Source: Acidobacteriota bacterium | GTDB taxonomy: Bacteria > Acidobacteriota > UBA6911 > RPQK01 > JAJDTT01 | Length of the DNA stretch: 64,000 bases | Direction of reading: 5' to 3' | Assembly: GCA_965263035.1 (NCBI GenBank) | Contig: OZ253580.1 | Coordinates: 1,392,196-1,456,195 of the forward strand | Part shown: piece after piece, positions 1 to 9,386 of the stretch | Layout of the letters: each line of letters begins with the position of its first letter | Numbering within the stretch: position 1 is the first letter of the stretch | The notes under the pieces: generated by a model | The model's database searches: none | What the model was told of the DNA's origin: nothing | Seen by the model: only the letters and a program-made list of their open reading frames with translations | Position numbers and translations under genes: made by a program

Positions 1-1
1 C

Positions 2-2353
2 GGAGGACTGCTAGTTCCGCTCGCTTTCCTTCTGGCCTTCGCCGGGCTCAGTGCCAGCCCTGTAAAGGCATCCACTCCCGCGCCGGCAGGCGCCCCGAGC
101 TGCGCCATCGTTGTAGGATCCCAGGCGCCGGAATTGGAGCGCTACGCCGCCCGCGAGCTTCGCCGCTACCTGAGCGATCTGTACGGCATCCAGGCGGACC
201 CTCTCACCACGATTTCCCCTCAGGCCGACGTCAACCTGATCCTGGGCAGCCCGGGGACCAACCGATCCGTCTCCCTGGTGATGGGCGAGCAGGGCTGGCC
301 TCAGGTCAGCGATCAGGGATTGGTCCTGAAGACCGTCACCTGGAACGGCAAGCCGGCGGTGGTTGTGGGGGGAGGCAGCCCGGCGGCCACTCTCTGGGCC
401 GTCTACGACTTGCTGGAGAACCTGGGCGTGCGGTTTCTCCTGGAAAAGGACGTGCTTCCCGCGCAGCCGGCCCAGTTCCCCCCCCAGGGCCTGGACAAGG
501 TCCGGGAGCCACGCTTTCGTTTCCGCTCCTACCGGGCCATCAACAACCTGGCCACGTCGCTCATCTTCTACGGAATGGACGACTACCGGCATCTCATCGA
601 TCAGTTGGCCAAGTTGAAGTTCAACGTCCTGTACTGTCAGATCTATCCCCATCAGCCCTTCGTCCATTTTCAATTCCGGGACCAGCCCAAGACGACCGGT
701 GTGTTCCACTACGGTTGGAAGGTGCCGATCCATGGAGAGACCATCGGGCGCGAACTCTTCGGCGGCCGTACTGAACTCGTGAACCCGGACCTGGCCGGAG
801 CCGAGACCTACGAGGAACGGGTTCGCGCGGCCCAGAAGCTGCTGCACGGCCTGCTGGCCTACGCCAAGAGCCGGGGGATGCTGACCGGCATCAACTTCCG
901 GATCAACCAGTTCACCAACGAATTCAACTGGCGGCTTCCCGAATGGTCCGACCGTGAATACGTCCCCAGAGAGCTGATGAAGGGCACGCACAACGGCCGG
1001 CTGGGCATCTCCGAGTACGGCGTGGATCCCACGGCCTTCCCCTACATGACCCCGGACAACCCGGTGGTCACCGGCCTGAACAAGGCCATCATCCGGGCTC
1101 ACATCAACACCTATCCGGAGGCGGACTTCTACGGCCTGACCCAGCCCGAGAATCCGGGAGGCGGCGAGTATTACAAGGCCATGTGGGAGCGGCTGGACCG
1201 CAAATACAAACTGGAGCCCCGATTCAGTCTGGAACGGATGGAGGAGTCGGCCCGAACCAACACCCTGCCGGTGGGCGTCCGCAGCCCAGGCCGGCCCCTG
1301 TATGAACTCAAGGGGGCCATCGCCAACGCCGACACTCTGGACAAGCTTCTCAACGAGGAGCGGATCCTGGAAGGGACCGCCAATCCGGACGCCACCGTCG
1401 TGGTCGCCACCTTCAGCGACGAGTTCTACCCGGTCATGCTCAAGATCTTCCCGGAACGTTCACTGCTTCTGGTCCGGATGGACTACCTGACCTCGCTGGC
1501 GGCCCGCCGCACGGAGATGCTGTCCTTTGCCAGCGAGCATCCGGGGCAGGTGGCCACTCTGGCGACTCTGGCGGACGACAACGTGGGCATCCTGCCCCAG
1601 CTCCCCACGCAGCCGCTGCACCGCATTCTGCAGGCCATGGAACGGTACGGCGTGCACGGCTTCTTCGGCCGGCAGTTCCTGGTGACCAAGCTGGAAGCGG
1701 GAACGGCCTATCTGGCCCAGGCCTCCTGGTCCTCGGAGGTGACTCCCGAATCGGTCTATCGGGACCAGGTGGAACAGGTCTGCGGCTCCGAAGCCGTCCC
1801 CGAGATGATGGAGTTCTACCGAACCTTGGAAAGGGCCACGGCCCGGGGGGACGAGATCGCCATGGGGTTCCTCTTTCCGGTCACCCGGATGATGCGCAAG
1901 CACTGGCACAGCCTGCAGGGTCCGGTCCCGGAATGGAACGAACTGAAGGCCTTCTACGTGGAGGCCGTCCCCCTGCTGGAGTCCGCGCTGGAGAAGACGC
2001 GGCCCGAGGGACGGAGCTACCTGGAGCAGCTCCTGGGGCAGGTCCGTTTCGGCGTCGACTACATTGAAGCCGTGCAGACGGTTCGCCGGGCCCGGGTCGA
2101 ATACGATCTCTCCCAGCAGGCTTTCGTCGGGAAAGACGCCCGCAGTTTCGAGAAGCGGATCAGGGGAGCTCACCGGAGTCTTGAGAAGGCGGTGGAGCTT
2201 CTGGGCTCGGGGATCCAGTCCTGGGCCGGCGCCGTCCGCGATCCTTCCGATCTGGGGGCCCTGGGCGTCCTCAATTACTTCTGCCGCGACTACCTCAAGG
2301 GAGTCGCCCTGGACGTCTACCTGGAAGCGGAAAACTGGAGAATGCAGTTCTGA
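2..2353 (+). CDS. Secreted glycoside-hydrolase-like protein, 5' partial (continues upstream of window).
   Basis: The reading frame is open from base 2 and encodes a hydrophobic signal-like stretch (GGLLVPLAFLLAFAGLSA) before the listed Met at 134. The N-terminal block IVVGSQAPELERYAARELRRYLSDLYG resembles the conserved start of GH20b/GH115/DUF4838-type glycosidase N-domains. The family is not firmly assigned. Confidence 0.55.
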   Translation, partial: GGLLVPLAFLLAFAGLSASPVKASTPAPAGAPSCAIVVGSQAPELERYAARELRRYLSDLYGIQADPLTTISPQADVNLILGSPGTNRSVSLVMGEQGWPQVSDQGLVLKTVTWNGKPAVVVGGGSPAATLWAVYDLLENLGVRFLLEKDVLPAQPAQFPPQGLDKVREPRFRFRSYRAINNLATSLIFYGMDDYRHLIDQLAKLKFNVLYCQIYPHQPFVHFQFRDQPKTTGVFHYGWKVPIHGETIGRELFGGRTELVNPDLAGAETYEERVRAAQKLLHGLLAYAKSRGMLTGINFRINQFTNEFNWRLPEWSDREYVPRELMKGTHNGRLGISEYGVDPTAFPYMTPDNPVVTGLNKAIIRAHINTYPEADFYGLTQPENPGGGEYYKAMWERLDRKYKLEPRFSLERMEESARTNTLPVGVRSPGRPLYELKGAIANADTLDKLLNEERILEGTANPDATVVVATFSDEFYPVMLKIFPERSLLLVRMDYLTSLAARRTEMLSFASEHPGQVATLATLADDNVGILPQLPTQPLHRILQAMERYGVHGFFGRQFLVTKLEAGTAYLAQASWSSEVTPESVYRDQVEQVCGSEAVPEMMEFYRTLERATARGDEIAMGFLFPVTRMMRKHWHSLQGPVPEWNELKAFYVEAVPLLESALEKTRPEGRSYLEQLLGQVRFGVDYIEAVQTVRRARVEYDLSQQAFVGKDARSFEKRIRGAHRSLEKAVELLGSGIQSWAGAVRDPSDLGALGVLNYFCRDYLKGVALDVYLEAENWRMQF

Positions 2354-2476
2354 GGAATAGAGGAAAGCAGGAAAGAGAAAAGCTCCCCCACCGGCCCGGT
2401 CCGGCGGACGCCCGGTAGAAAAAGGGTAGGAGCGCCGGTTTCCAACCGCCGAACTCCGGTGGAGCATGGAGGAATG

Positions 2477-2507
2477 GGCGACTGGAAGTCGCCCCTCCTT
2501 GTTTCTT
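2477..2507 (+). terminator. Putative intrinsic terminator after the glycosidase-like gene.
   Basis: A 7-bp stem GGCGACT-gga-AGTCGCC is followed by the T-rich run CCTCCTTGTTTCTT. Confidence 0.4.
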
Positions 2508-2587
2508 AGAAGAGTGAAGAATGGCGGGTCGTTGACGCGTAGCGGGCCGCGGGCCGGTGGGGAAATTTCTAACGGGATAACGAATCA

Positions 2588-3646
2588 ATGGAATCGAGAG
2601 TTTTTTCGGCCGACGAGTTGAGGGATCTGGCCCGGCGAATCTTCGCCGCCGCCGGCTCCAACGAGCGGGAGGCGCTCAACATCGCCACCCGCCTGGTGAA
2701 AAGCAACCTGGTCGGACACGACTCCCACGGGGTCATTCGGATCCCGCGCTACTGGGAGTGGATCAAGAAGGGCCTGGTCCTGTCCAACCGGAAAGTGACG
2801 TTCGCGTTGGACCGGGGTCCGATTGCGGTGCTCGACGGAAACAGCGGCTTTGGACAGTCGACCGGAGAGCAGACCATGGAAATCGCCGTCGACCGGGCCC
2901 GGCGTCACGGTTGCAGCATGGTGGGACTCCGAAACACGGGACACCTGGGGCGGATCGGCGATTGGCCCGAGATGGCGACCGCCGCGGGAATGCTCAGCCT
3001 GCACTTCGTGAACACCAGCGGAATGGGCAATCTGGTGGCGCCCTACGGCGGCAAGGACCGGCGCCTCTCCGCCAATCCCATCGCCTTCGGCGTTCCTCAG
3101 CGAGAGGGCCCTCCCCTGATCATGGACATGTCCGCCTGCATGATCGCCGAGGGGAAGGTCCGGGTGGCTCTCCACCAAGGCGTGCGAGTCCCCGACGGGT
3201 GCCTCATCGACTCGGAGGGCCGTCCCACCAACGATCCCGAACTCTTCTACCGGCATCCTCCCGGTTCCATACTCCCCATTGCGGGACACAAGGGCTACAT
3301 CCTGAGCTTCATGATCGAAATACTGGCGGGAGCCCTCACCGGCGGATCGTGCACCAATCCCGCCAACGCCCACCGGCTGGCCAACGGAATGTTCACCATC
3401 GTTATCGACCGGAGCTGGTTCGCGGACCGTGACGAGTTCTTCGACGAGGTCGACCGGTACGTCCGGTACGTGAAGAGTGCCCGCACCATCGATCCCGACG
3501 GTGAGATCCTCGTCCCCGGCGAGTTGGAGGTGCGCACGTCGGAGCGGAGAACGCGGGAAGGGATTCCGCTGGCCGGGACCACCATCGGGCAGATCCTCCA
3601 GGTCTGCGAAGAGTTGAATATCGACTCGGGATGGGAAACCGGCTGA
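2588..3646 (+). CDS. Ldh_2 family (malate/L-lactate/sulfolactate-type) NAD(P)H-dependent dehydrogenase.
   Basis: Carries the LVGHDSHGV motif; the length (352 aa) and overall pattern are typical of Ldh_2 family members (AllD/ComC-like). Confidence 0.75.
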   Translation: MESRVFSADELRDLARRIFAAAGSNEREALNIATRLVKSNLVGHDSHGVIRIPRYWEWIKKGLVLSNRKVTFALDRGPIAVLDGNSGFGQSTGEQTMEIAVDRARRHGCSMVGLRNTGHLGRIGDWPEMATAAGMLSLHFVNTSGMGNLVAPYGGKDRRLSANPIAFGVPQREGPPLIMDMSACMIAEGKVRVALHQGVRVPDGCLIDSEGRPTNDPELFYRHPPGSILPIAGHKGYILSFMIEILAGALTGGSCTNPANAHRLANGMFTIVIDRSWFADRDEFFDEVDRYVRYVKSARTIDPDGEILVPGELEVRTSERRTREGIPLAGTTIGQILQVCEELNIDSGWETG

Positions 3647-3685
3647 CCGGACCGGTTCCTTCCTGTCCGCTCCGGTAGATTCGCC

Positions 3686-4606
3686 ATGGGCCTGATGGAT
3701 TGGATCAAGGCAGCCGACTACGAAGCGGCCCTGCCCACCATTTCGAAGCTGCCCCGCACTCTGGCCTACGGCTTGGCCGATTTGCGGGGAAGATTGCTGA
3801 CCTACACGCGCCGGGACTCCTTTGCCTGGGCCTCGCGCAACGTCGAGTCCGTTTTTCCCCACTTCGATGCGGGTGAGCGCCGGCGGATCGTCATCGGCCA
3901 CTACCAGGTCGAATCCCGCGACACGATGGAGGCGTTTTGGTATTCCAAGCCGCTGAGCCATCTCCAATCCTTCGTTCGTTGCACCGGGCTGGACACCCTC
4001 CGGGAAGCCGCATCCTCCGGGAACGGCGTTCTCCTTTTTTCCAGCCACATGGGGAGTACCGGCCTCTTCCTCGTCTTCGCCGGCAAGAGCGGAGTCCCCA
4101 TGAACATCGTCGCACGGTCCATCGAGCCCGAAGACAATCCCCTGCACCCCGCGCTGCTCCGCTACAGCAGGAAGCGGGTCCGTTGGATCGAAACGGCCAT
4201 CGGGCATCCCCTTCTCATAACCGGACGCGGGAACTACTCCCGGCTGGTGGAGAAGCTTCGAGCCGGCGGGGTCATCATGATGCTGATCGATGTCTTGCCC
4301 AACCTGGTCAACCCGAAATACACGACGGAGGTCACGTTCTTCGGCCGGCGGGCCTGGTTCCCCAACGGCATCGCCAGCCTCTTCTTCACCACCGGATCCC
4401 GCCTTTTTCACTGGAGGATCCACAGAAACCAGAAGACGGGATACCAGGAGATCGAGATCTCCGAATTGACCGATTCTTTTCGGCCGGCCGCCGACCGGGC
4501 GCAATTCATGCAAAAGCTGGTGGGACTGCTGGAACAGGACATTCGCCGGTACCCCGATCACTGGCTGAGCTGGGACTCGTTGAGGCACTACTACCGGAAA
4601 CCGTAA
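3686..4606 (+). CDS. LpxL/HtrB-family lipid A (Kdo2-lipid IVA) acyltransferase.
   Basis: Aligns from memory with E. coli LpxL: NVESVFPHFDAGERRRIV ~ NLELCFPEMSEQERRKMV, a HxxxxD-type region SSHMGSTG, and a C-terminal ...RHYYRKP ~ ...RRFKTRP. Confidence 0.6.
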   Translation: MGLMDWIKAADYEAALPTISKLPRTLAYGLADLRGRLLTYTRRDSFAWASRNVESVFPHFDAGERRRIVIGHYQVESRDTMEAFWYSKPLSHLQSFVRCTGLDTLREAASSGNGVLLFSSHMGSTGLFLVFAGKSGVPMNIVARSIEPEDNPLHPALLRYSRKRVRWIETAIGHPLLITGRGNYSRLVEKLRAGGVIMMLIDVLPNLVNPKYTTEVTFFGRRAWFPNGIASLFFTTGSRLFHWRIHRNQKTGYQEIEISELTDSFRPAADRAQFMQKLVGLLEQDIRRYPDHWLSWDSLRHYYRKP

Positions 4607-4723
4607 CGCCAGGAGTCCAATGCGCCGTCCCCGGCTCCATTTCGGGTGTCCCCTTCGACCCGTCTCCCGCGCTTTCCGGAACGAATCGTCCGGCCGGTCC
4701 GTATTTGCTGAGAGACCGGTTCA

Positions 4724-5173
4724 TTGACGGAAAGAGGCACGATGACTCGATGGATGGCCCTGGACGTAGGCTCCAAGCGATGCGGGGTTGCCGTGACCGA
4801 TCCGCTGAAGCTGACGGCGCGTCCACTGCTCACCTTCGAACGGGAGAGCCTGAAGGGGGACGTCGAGAGGCTCATCGGACTCATGCGGGAATACCGGGTG
4901 GAGAGACTGATCGTGGGGCAACCCCGGCATCTCAGTGGCCGGCCCAGCCCCATCGAACAGGCCGTCATTCCCCTGGTGTCCCGATTGCGTGGACAGGCGA
5001 TGGTTCGAGTAGAGTGGATGGACGAACGCCTGTCGACCAAGGAGGCCGAATCGGTCATGCGGGAGCTGGGAATCCCTGAGCACCTGCGGCGACAGAAGAA
5101 GGACGAGTTCGCGGCGGCAGTGATTCTGAAATGGTATCTGGAGGAGAGGGGATCTCCCGGATTCCCCGGGTGA
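4724..5173 (+). CDS. ruvX: Holliday-junction resolvase-like nuclease RuvX/YqgF.
   Basis: LDVGSKRCGVAVTD N-terminal motif; small (~145 aa) RNase H-fold protein. The true start may be the Met at ~4742. Confidence 0.85.
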   Translation: MTERGTMTRWMALDVGSKRCGVAVTDPLKLTARPLLTFERESLKGDVERLIGLMREYRVERLIVGQPRHLSGRPSPIEQAVIPLVSRLRGQAMVRVEWMDERLSTKEAESVMRELGIPEHLRRQKKDEFAAAVILKWYLEERGSPGFPG

Positions 5174-6168
5174 TTCGCGGACTGACGATCGCGATCCTGA
5201 TTCTGGCGGGGAGCGCTCTGGCCGCGGTCAACTGGTGGGAGTCTCGCGTCAGTGAACCTCATCTGGGGCGTTCGACGAAAAACCGGCTTCTGACCGTTCC
5301 CTTCGGGTCGTCGGTGAGAAGCATCGGCCAACTGCTCCAGGGCTCGGACATCATTCGGTCCGACCTCATATTTGCAGCCTATGTCCGCATCAGCGGTCCC
5401 GATCCGCTCCAGGCTGGAGAATACCTTTTCGAGAATCCCATCAGCCTGACCCAAGTGGTGCAGATACTGAGGGAGGGCCGGGTTCACCACTACCGCATCA
5501 CGATCCCTGAAGGATTGACCATGGATGAGGTCATCGGCCGTTTCGTCCAGGAGGGATTGGGACAACAGCACGAGTTGGAGCCTCTGACCGGGCGTACGGA
5601 CCTGCTGGGCGGCCTGGACCCGGAGGCCACGGACCTGGAGGGCTATCTCTTCCCCGACACCTACTATTTCACTCGGTCGGACCAGGAGTTGACGTTGGTC
5701 TCCACACTGGTGACCCGTTTCAGGGAGGTCTGGAACTCCCCGCGGCAGAAGCGCACCGAAGACCTGGGTCTCACCGTTCGGGAGGTGGTGACACTCGCCT
5801 CGCTGATCGAGAAGGAGACGGCTCTCCCTTCGGAGCGGCCTCTGATCTCCGCCGTTTTTCACAACCGGCTCCGGCGAAACATCAAGTTGGATTGCGACCC
5901 CACCGTCATTTACGCCATCCGCAAGACCGGTGAATACGACGGCGTGCTACACCAGAGCGATCTGGCCCTGGACTCTCCCTACAACACCTATCTCTACGCG
6001 GGCCTCCCTCCCGGCCCCATCGCCAACCCCGGGACCGCTTCCATCGATGCGGCACTGAGTCCGGCGCCGGTCAGGCACCTCTACTTCGTATCCAAGAACG
6101 ACGGCAGCCACGTCTTCTCCACCAGCTACCGGGAACACCGGCGGGCCGTACGCCGGTACCAGCGCTGA
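5131..6168 (+). CDS. mltG: Endolytic murein transglycosylase MltG (YceG family).
   Basis: N-terminal TM segment and the conserved C-terminal blocks DPTVIYA and YNTYLYAGLPPGPIANPG. It sits directly after ruvX, as in many bacteria. Confidence 0.85.
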   Translation: MVSGGEGISRIPRVIRGLTIAILILAGSALAAVNWWESRVSEPHLGRSTKNRLLTVPFGSSVRSIGQLLQGSDIIRSDLIFAAYVRISGPDPLQAGEYLFENPISLTQVVQILREGRVHHYRITIPEGLTMDEVIGRFVQEGLGQQHELEPLTGRTDLLGGLDPEATDLEGYLFPDTYYFTRSDQELTLVSTLVTRFREVWNSPRQKRTEDLGLTVREVVTLASLIEKETALPSERPLISAVFHNRLRRNIKLDCDPTVIYAIRKTGEYDGVLHQSDLALDSPYNTYLYAGLPPGPIANPGTASIDAALSPAPVRHLYFVSKNDGSHVFSTSYREHRRAVRRYQR

Positions 6169-6255
6169 TTCGCATCTCGGAAAACCGAATCACGGCCTCC
6201 AATTGGTTCAGCAGTGCGCCCCGGGCTGATAGACTGTGAGCCGGGAACAGCCGGT

Positions 6256-6822
6256 ATGGGACGTAAGCTGGTCTGGACGTCATTGACCCTCTTGGCTCTG
6301 GCCGCGGCGCAGATTGATGCGCAAAAGAGATTCGAACCTCCGATGCGCCTGGGCGTCCCGTTTCCGGCGGCGTGGAAGGCCATGCTGGAAGTCCTGCAAG
6401 GCCAGAAATGGAACCTGGTCAAGAAGGACAGGGGAAGGGGCGAGATCCTGACCGGCTACCGGGAATACATGTCGGGTCCCTTGACGGCAAAACATCTCGA
6501 CAAGATCGGAGTCCGGCCCCGGCTGCCCGACGGGGAGTGGGTTCGGGTCCGCTACCGTTACGATCTGTCGGTCAGTCTGATCCGTGAACGTCAGACGGTG
6601 GTTACCGTCGACAGCGACATCCAGGCGCTCAAACGCGATTTTCTGGGACGGGAGGAGTGGGTCGAGATCGATTCCACCGGGCGGTTGGAAAAACAGTTGC
6701 TGACCGCATTCGGGCAAGCCCTCTACGGGGCCGACTTCTCCCTGGACAAGCGCCGCAAGGGTTTTCTGGGACTGCCCCCCATTGGGGAAGGCCCCACTCC
6801 TGCGAAGCCGCCGGGCAATTGA
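6256..6822 (+). CDS. Hypothetical secreted protein.
   Basis: Signal-peptide-like start MGRKLVWTSLTLLALAAAQIDA. No recognisable family. Confidence 0.5.
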   Translation: MGRKLVWTSLTLLALAAAQIDAQKRFEPPMRLGVPFPAAWKAMLEVLQGQKWNLVKKDRGRGEILTGYREYMSGPLTAKHLDKIGVRPRLPDGEWVRVRYRYDLSVSLIRERQTVVTVDSDIQALKRDFLGREEWVEIDSTGRLEKQLLTAFGQALYGADFSLDKRRKGFLGLPPIGEGPTPAKPPGN

Positions 6823-6964
6823 GAGGAGAGAGACGGCAGACGCCGGGGCGGCCTTGTGAACGCCCGTTAGCGCCGGCAACCGGTCATCCGCCGGCAAACC
6901 CGTTCATCGCGATACCGCGGCGAACGGACGGCTCGAAGACTTTCCCACGGACTTCTGAATTCCA

Positions 6965-7633
6965 ATGGATCATCCCGTCCTTCGAATCGTAGATTTTCCC
7001 GTCCAGGTCGGCCTCTGGGTCTTTCTCGTCTCTTTTCTGGTTTTCCTGCTGGTGGTCCGAGCTCGCATCCGCGCGCGGAAATTCAGTCTCAAGGATTACT
7101 TCAGGGAGGAGTTCGATCGATACTACCGAGAGAAACTCGAGGAGACCTCCAGCAGGACGCGCCGAAAAGAATCCTGGACCGCCACCCTGAACGAGTACCG
7201 CATCGTCTTCCAGATCATGCTGCTTTCCATCCTGTTGGCCGTCGGGTCCTTCGTGGGCGTGAGCTTCGTGCCCATGCCCTATCTCCAGAACTGGACGGGG
7301 GTCGAGTCCGTCGAAACGGAGCCCCTGAGAATGGTCGCTCTCTCCTATGATCGATTCTATACGGGATTCTCCCTCAAGGGGGAGATCTGGAATCAGGGGC
7401 AGATTCCTCTGCAGGGACTCTCGGCGCGCGTCAGGATCTGGGGACGGGATGACATGCCGCTGGAAGAAATCCTGGCCCAGATCGAGCCGGCCGTGCTGAA
7501 TCCCGAGTCTTCGGGCAGTTTCGGCATGAAATACTCGCAGAAGTCCCCTTCCCTGCTCTACGGCTACGAGGTGGCATTCGTCGATTCCGAAGGTGTCGAG
7601 ACGCCGCACATCCGGGGATTCGATGCCCCCTGA
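6965..7633 (+). CDS. Hypothetical membrane-anchored protein.
   Basis: N-terminal hydrophobic segment (LWVFLVSFLVFLLVV) and a second TM. No recognisable family. Confidence 0.5.
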   Translation: MDHPVLRIVDFPVQVGLWVFLVSFLVFLLVVRARIRARKFSLKDYFREEFDRYYREKLEETSSRTRRKESWTATLNEYRIVFQIMLLSILLAVGSFVGVSFVPMPYLQNWTGVESVETEPLRMVALSYDRFYTGFSLKGEIWNQGQIPLQGLSARVRIWGRDDMPLEEILAQIEPAVLNPESSGSFGMKYSQKSPSLLYGYEVAFVDSEGVETPHIRGFDAP

Positions 7634-9386
7634 GCCAGCCGGAGCCGATCGAGAGTGGGCTTTGGCCACCTTGATCCCCTACCTGAGGCAGTACCGCGCC
7701 CGTATCGCCGTCGGCGTGGCGATGGTCCTCATGACCAACGTGGCCGTGGTCATCACGCCCAAGGTCCTGGGATCGGCCGTCGACGATCTCTTCAGCGGAG
7801 GTGACACCCGACTCGTGCTCGGCTACGCCGCCCTGGTGTTGGCCCTGAGCTGCGCCGAAGGCCTCTTCCGCTACCTGATGCGGTGGATCCTCATCGGCGT
7901 CTCGCGCCGGATCGAATTCGACCTGCGCAACGACCTCTTCCGGCACCTGCAGCGACTGACGCCCTCCTTCTACCAGCGGCATTCCACGGGAGACGTGATG
8001 GCGCGATCCACCAACGACCTGAGCGCCGTTCGAATGGTGCTGGGACCGGGCATCATGTACTCGGTCAACACCCTGTTCATGGTCATCCTTACCGTCCCCA
8101 TACTGATTCGGACCGATGCCGGCTTGGCTCTTCTCACCTTGGCTCCCCTCCTGCTCGTCTCCTACTGCGTCAAGTTCTTCGGCAGGAAGATCCACCAGAG
8201 ATTCGAGAAGATCCAGGAACAGTTCTCGATGCTCACGACGCTGGTTCAAGAGAACGTCTCGGGGATTCGAGTCGTCAAGGCCTACAATCAGGAGTCCGCC
8301 TTCGTGAGCCGGTTTCGAGACGCCAACCGGGAATACATGCAGCGAAGCATGGCCCTGGTCAAAGTCTGGGGGATCTTTTATCCCCTGCTGGCTTTTCTCC
8401 TGGGCCTCTCGGCCGTCATTCTCCTCTGGTACGGCGGACGGCAGGTCGTGGACGGGGCTCTGTCTCTCGGCGATCTGGTCTCGTTCATTTTCTATCTGGC
8501 CCGACTGACCTGGCCCACCATCGCCCTGGGATGGGTCATCAACACCTTCGAGCGCGGATCGGCTTCGATGGGAAGAATCAACCGGATCCTGGCGACCCAG
8601 CCGGACGTGCTGGACGAGGGCCGCCTTCCTGTCGAGGCCATCAAGGGACGCGTGCAGGTCAAGAACCTCACCTTTTCCTACGATGAAACTCCGGTCTTGA
8701 AAAACCTGGAATTCGAGCTGCCCGCCGGAACCACCCTTGCCATAGTGGGCAGCACCGGCTGTGGAAAATCCACCCTGGTGCAACTGCTCTGCCGCCTCTA
8801 CCCCGTGCCTCGGGACCGGATCCTCATCGATGGAACGGACGTCAACGACATTCCCCTGATCCAGCTGCGAAGAAGCATCGGCTGTGTTCCCCAGGACACC
8901 TTCCTCTTTTCCGAATCGATCCGGGACAACCTGACCTTCGGAGTCCCGGAGGCCCCCGACCACCCCATCCGGGAGGCTGCGCACACCAGCAACATCCTGG
9001 CTGAGATCCAGAGCTTCCCCGACCAGATGTCCACCTTCGTCGGAGAGCGAGGGTTGACTCTTTCAGGTGGCCAGAAACAGCGGATGACCATAGCGAGAGC
9101 GCTCCTGACCGACCCCAAGATCCTGATCTTGGACGACTCCCTGTCCAGCGTGGATACATACACGGAGGAGGAGATATTGAAGCGGCTCGCTCCCATCATC
9201 GCGGGCAGAACCACCATCCTCATCTCCCATCGCATCTCGACGGTCAAGGCGGCAGACCAGATCCTGGTGATGGATCGAGGCCGAATCGTTCAGCGGGGCC
9301 GCCACCGGGAGTTGCTCCAGGTCGCGGGTCCCTACGCCGAAATGCACCGGAAGCAGTTGCTGGAACAGGAGTTGGGAATCGCATGA
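7623..9386 (+). CDS. ABC exporter, fused permease + ATP-binding protein (half transporter 1 of a heterodimeric pair).
   Basis: Six-TM N-half; Walker A GSTGCGKST, signature LSGGQKQR, Walker B ILILDD. Confidence 0.9.
   Translation: MPPEPAGADREWALATLIPYLRQYRARIAVGVAMVLMTNVAVVITPKVLGSAVDDLFSGGDTRLVLGYAALVLALSCAEGLFRYLMRWILIGVSRRIEFDLRNDLFRHLQRLTPSFYQRHSTGDVMARSTNDLSAVRMVLGPGIMYSVNTLFMVILTVPILIRTDAGLALLTLAPLLLVSYCVKFFGRKIHQRFEKIQEQFSMLTTLVQENVSGIRVVKAYNQESAFVSRFRDANREYMQRSMALVKVWGIFYPLLAFLLGLSAVILLWYGGRQVVDGALSLGDLVSFIFYLARLTWPTIALGWVINTFERGSASMGRINRILATQPDVLDEGRLPVEAIKGRVQVKNLTFSYDETPVLKNLEFELPAGTTLAIVGSTGCGKSTLVQLLCRLYPVPRDRILIDGTDVNDIPLIQLRRSIGCVPQDTFLFSESIRDNLTFGVPEAPDHPIREAAHTSNILAEIQSFPDQMSTFVGERGLTLSGGQKQRMTIARALLTDPKILILDDSLSSVDTYTEEEILKRLAPIIAGRTTILISHRISTVKAADQILVMDRGRIVQRGRHRELLQVAGPYAEMHRKQLLEQELGIA

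Noticed and set aside
11-1102. 363-aa minus-strand ORF.
   Set aside because: It is antisense to the glycosidase-like gene, with no motifs, and is a GC-driven open frame.
2585-4588. 667-aa minus-strand ORF.
   Set aside because: It is antisense to the Ldh_2 and LpxL-like genes, which have recognisable motifs. It has low-complexity Gly/Arg/Pro composition.
4591-5862. 423-aa minus-strand ORF.
   Set aside because: It is antisense to ruvX and mltG, which have strong family signatures.
7431-8984. 517-aa minus-strand ORF.
   Set aside because: It is antisense to the first ABC transporter gene.
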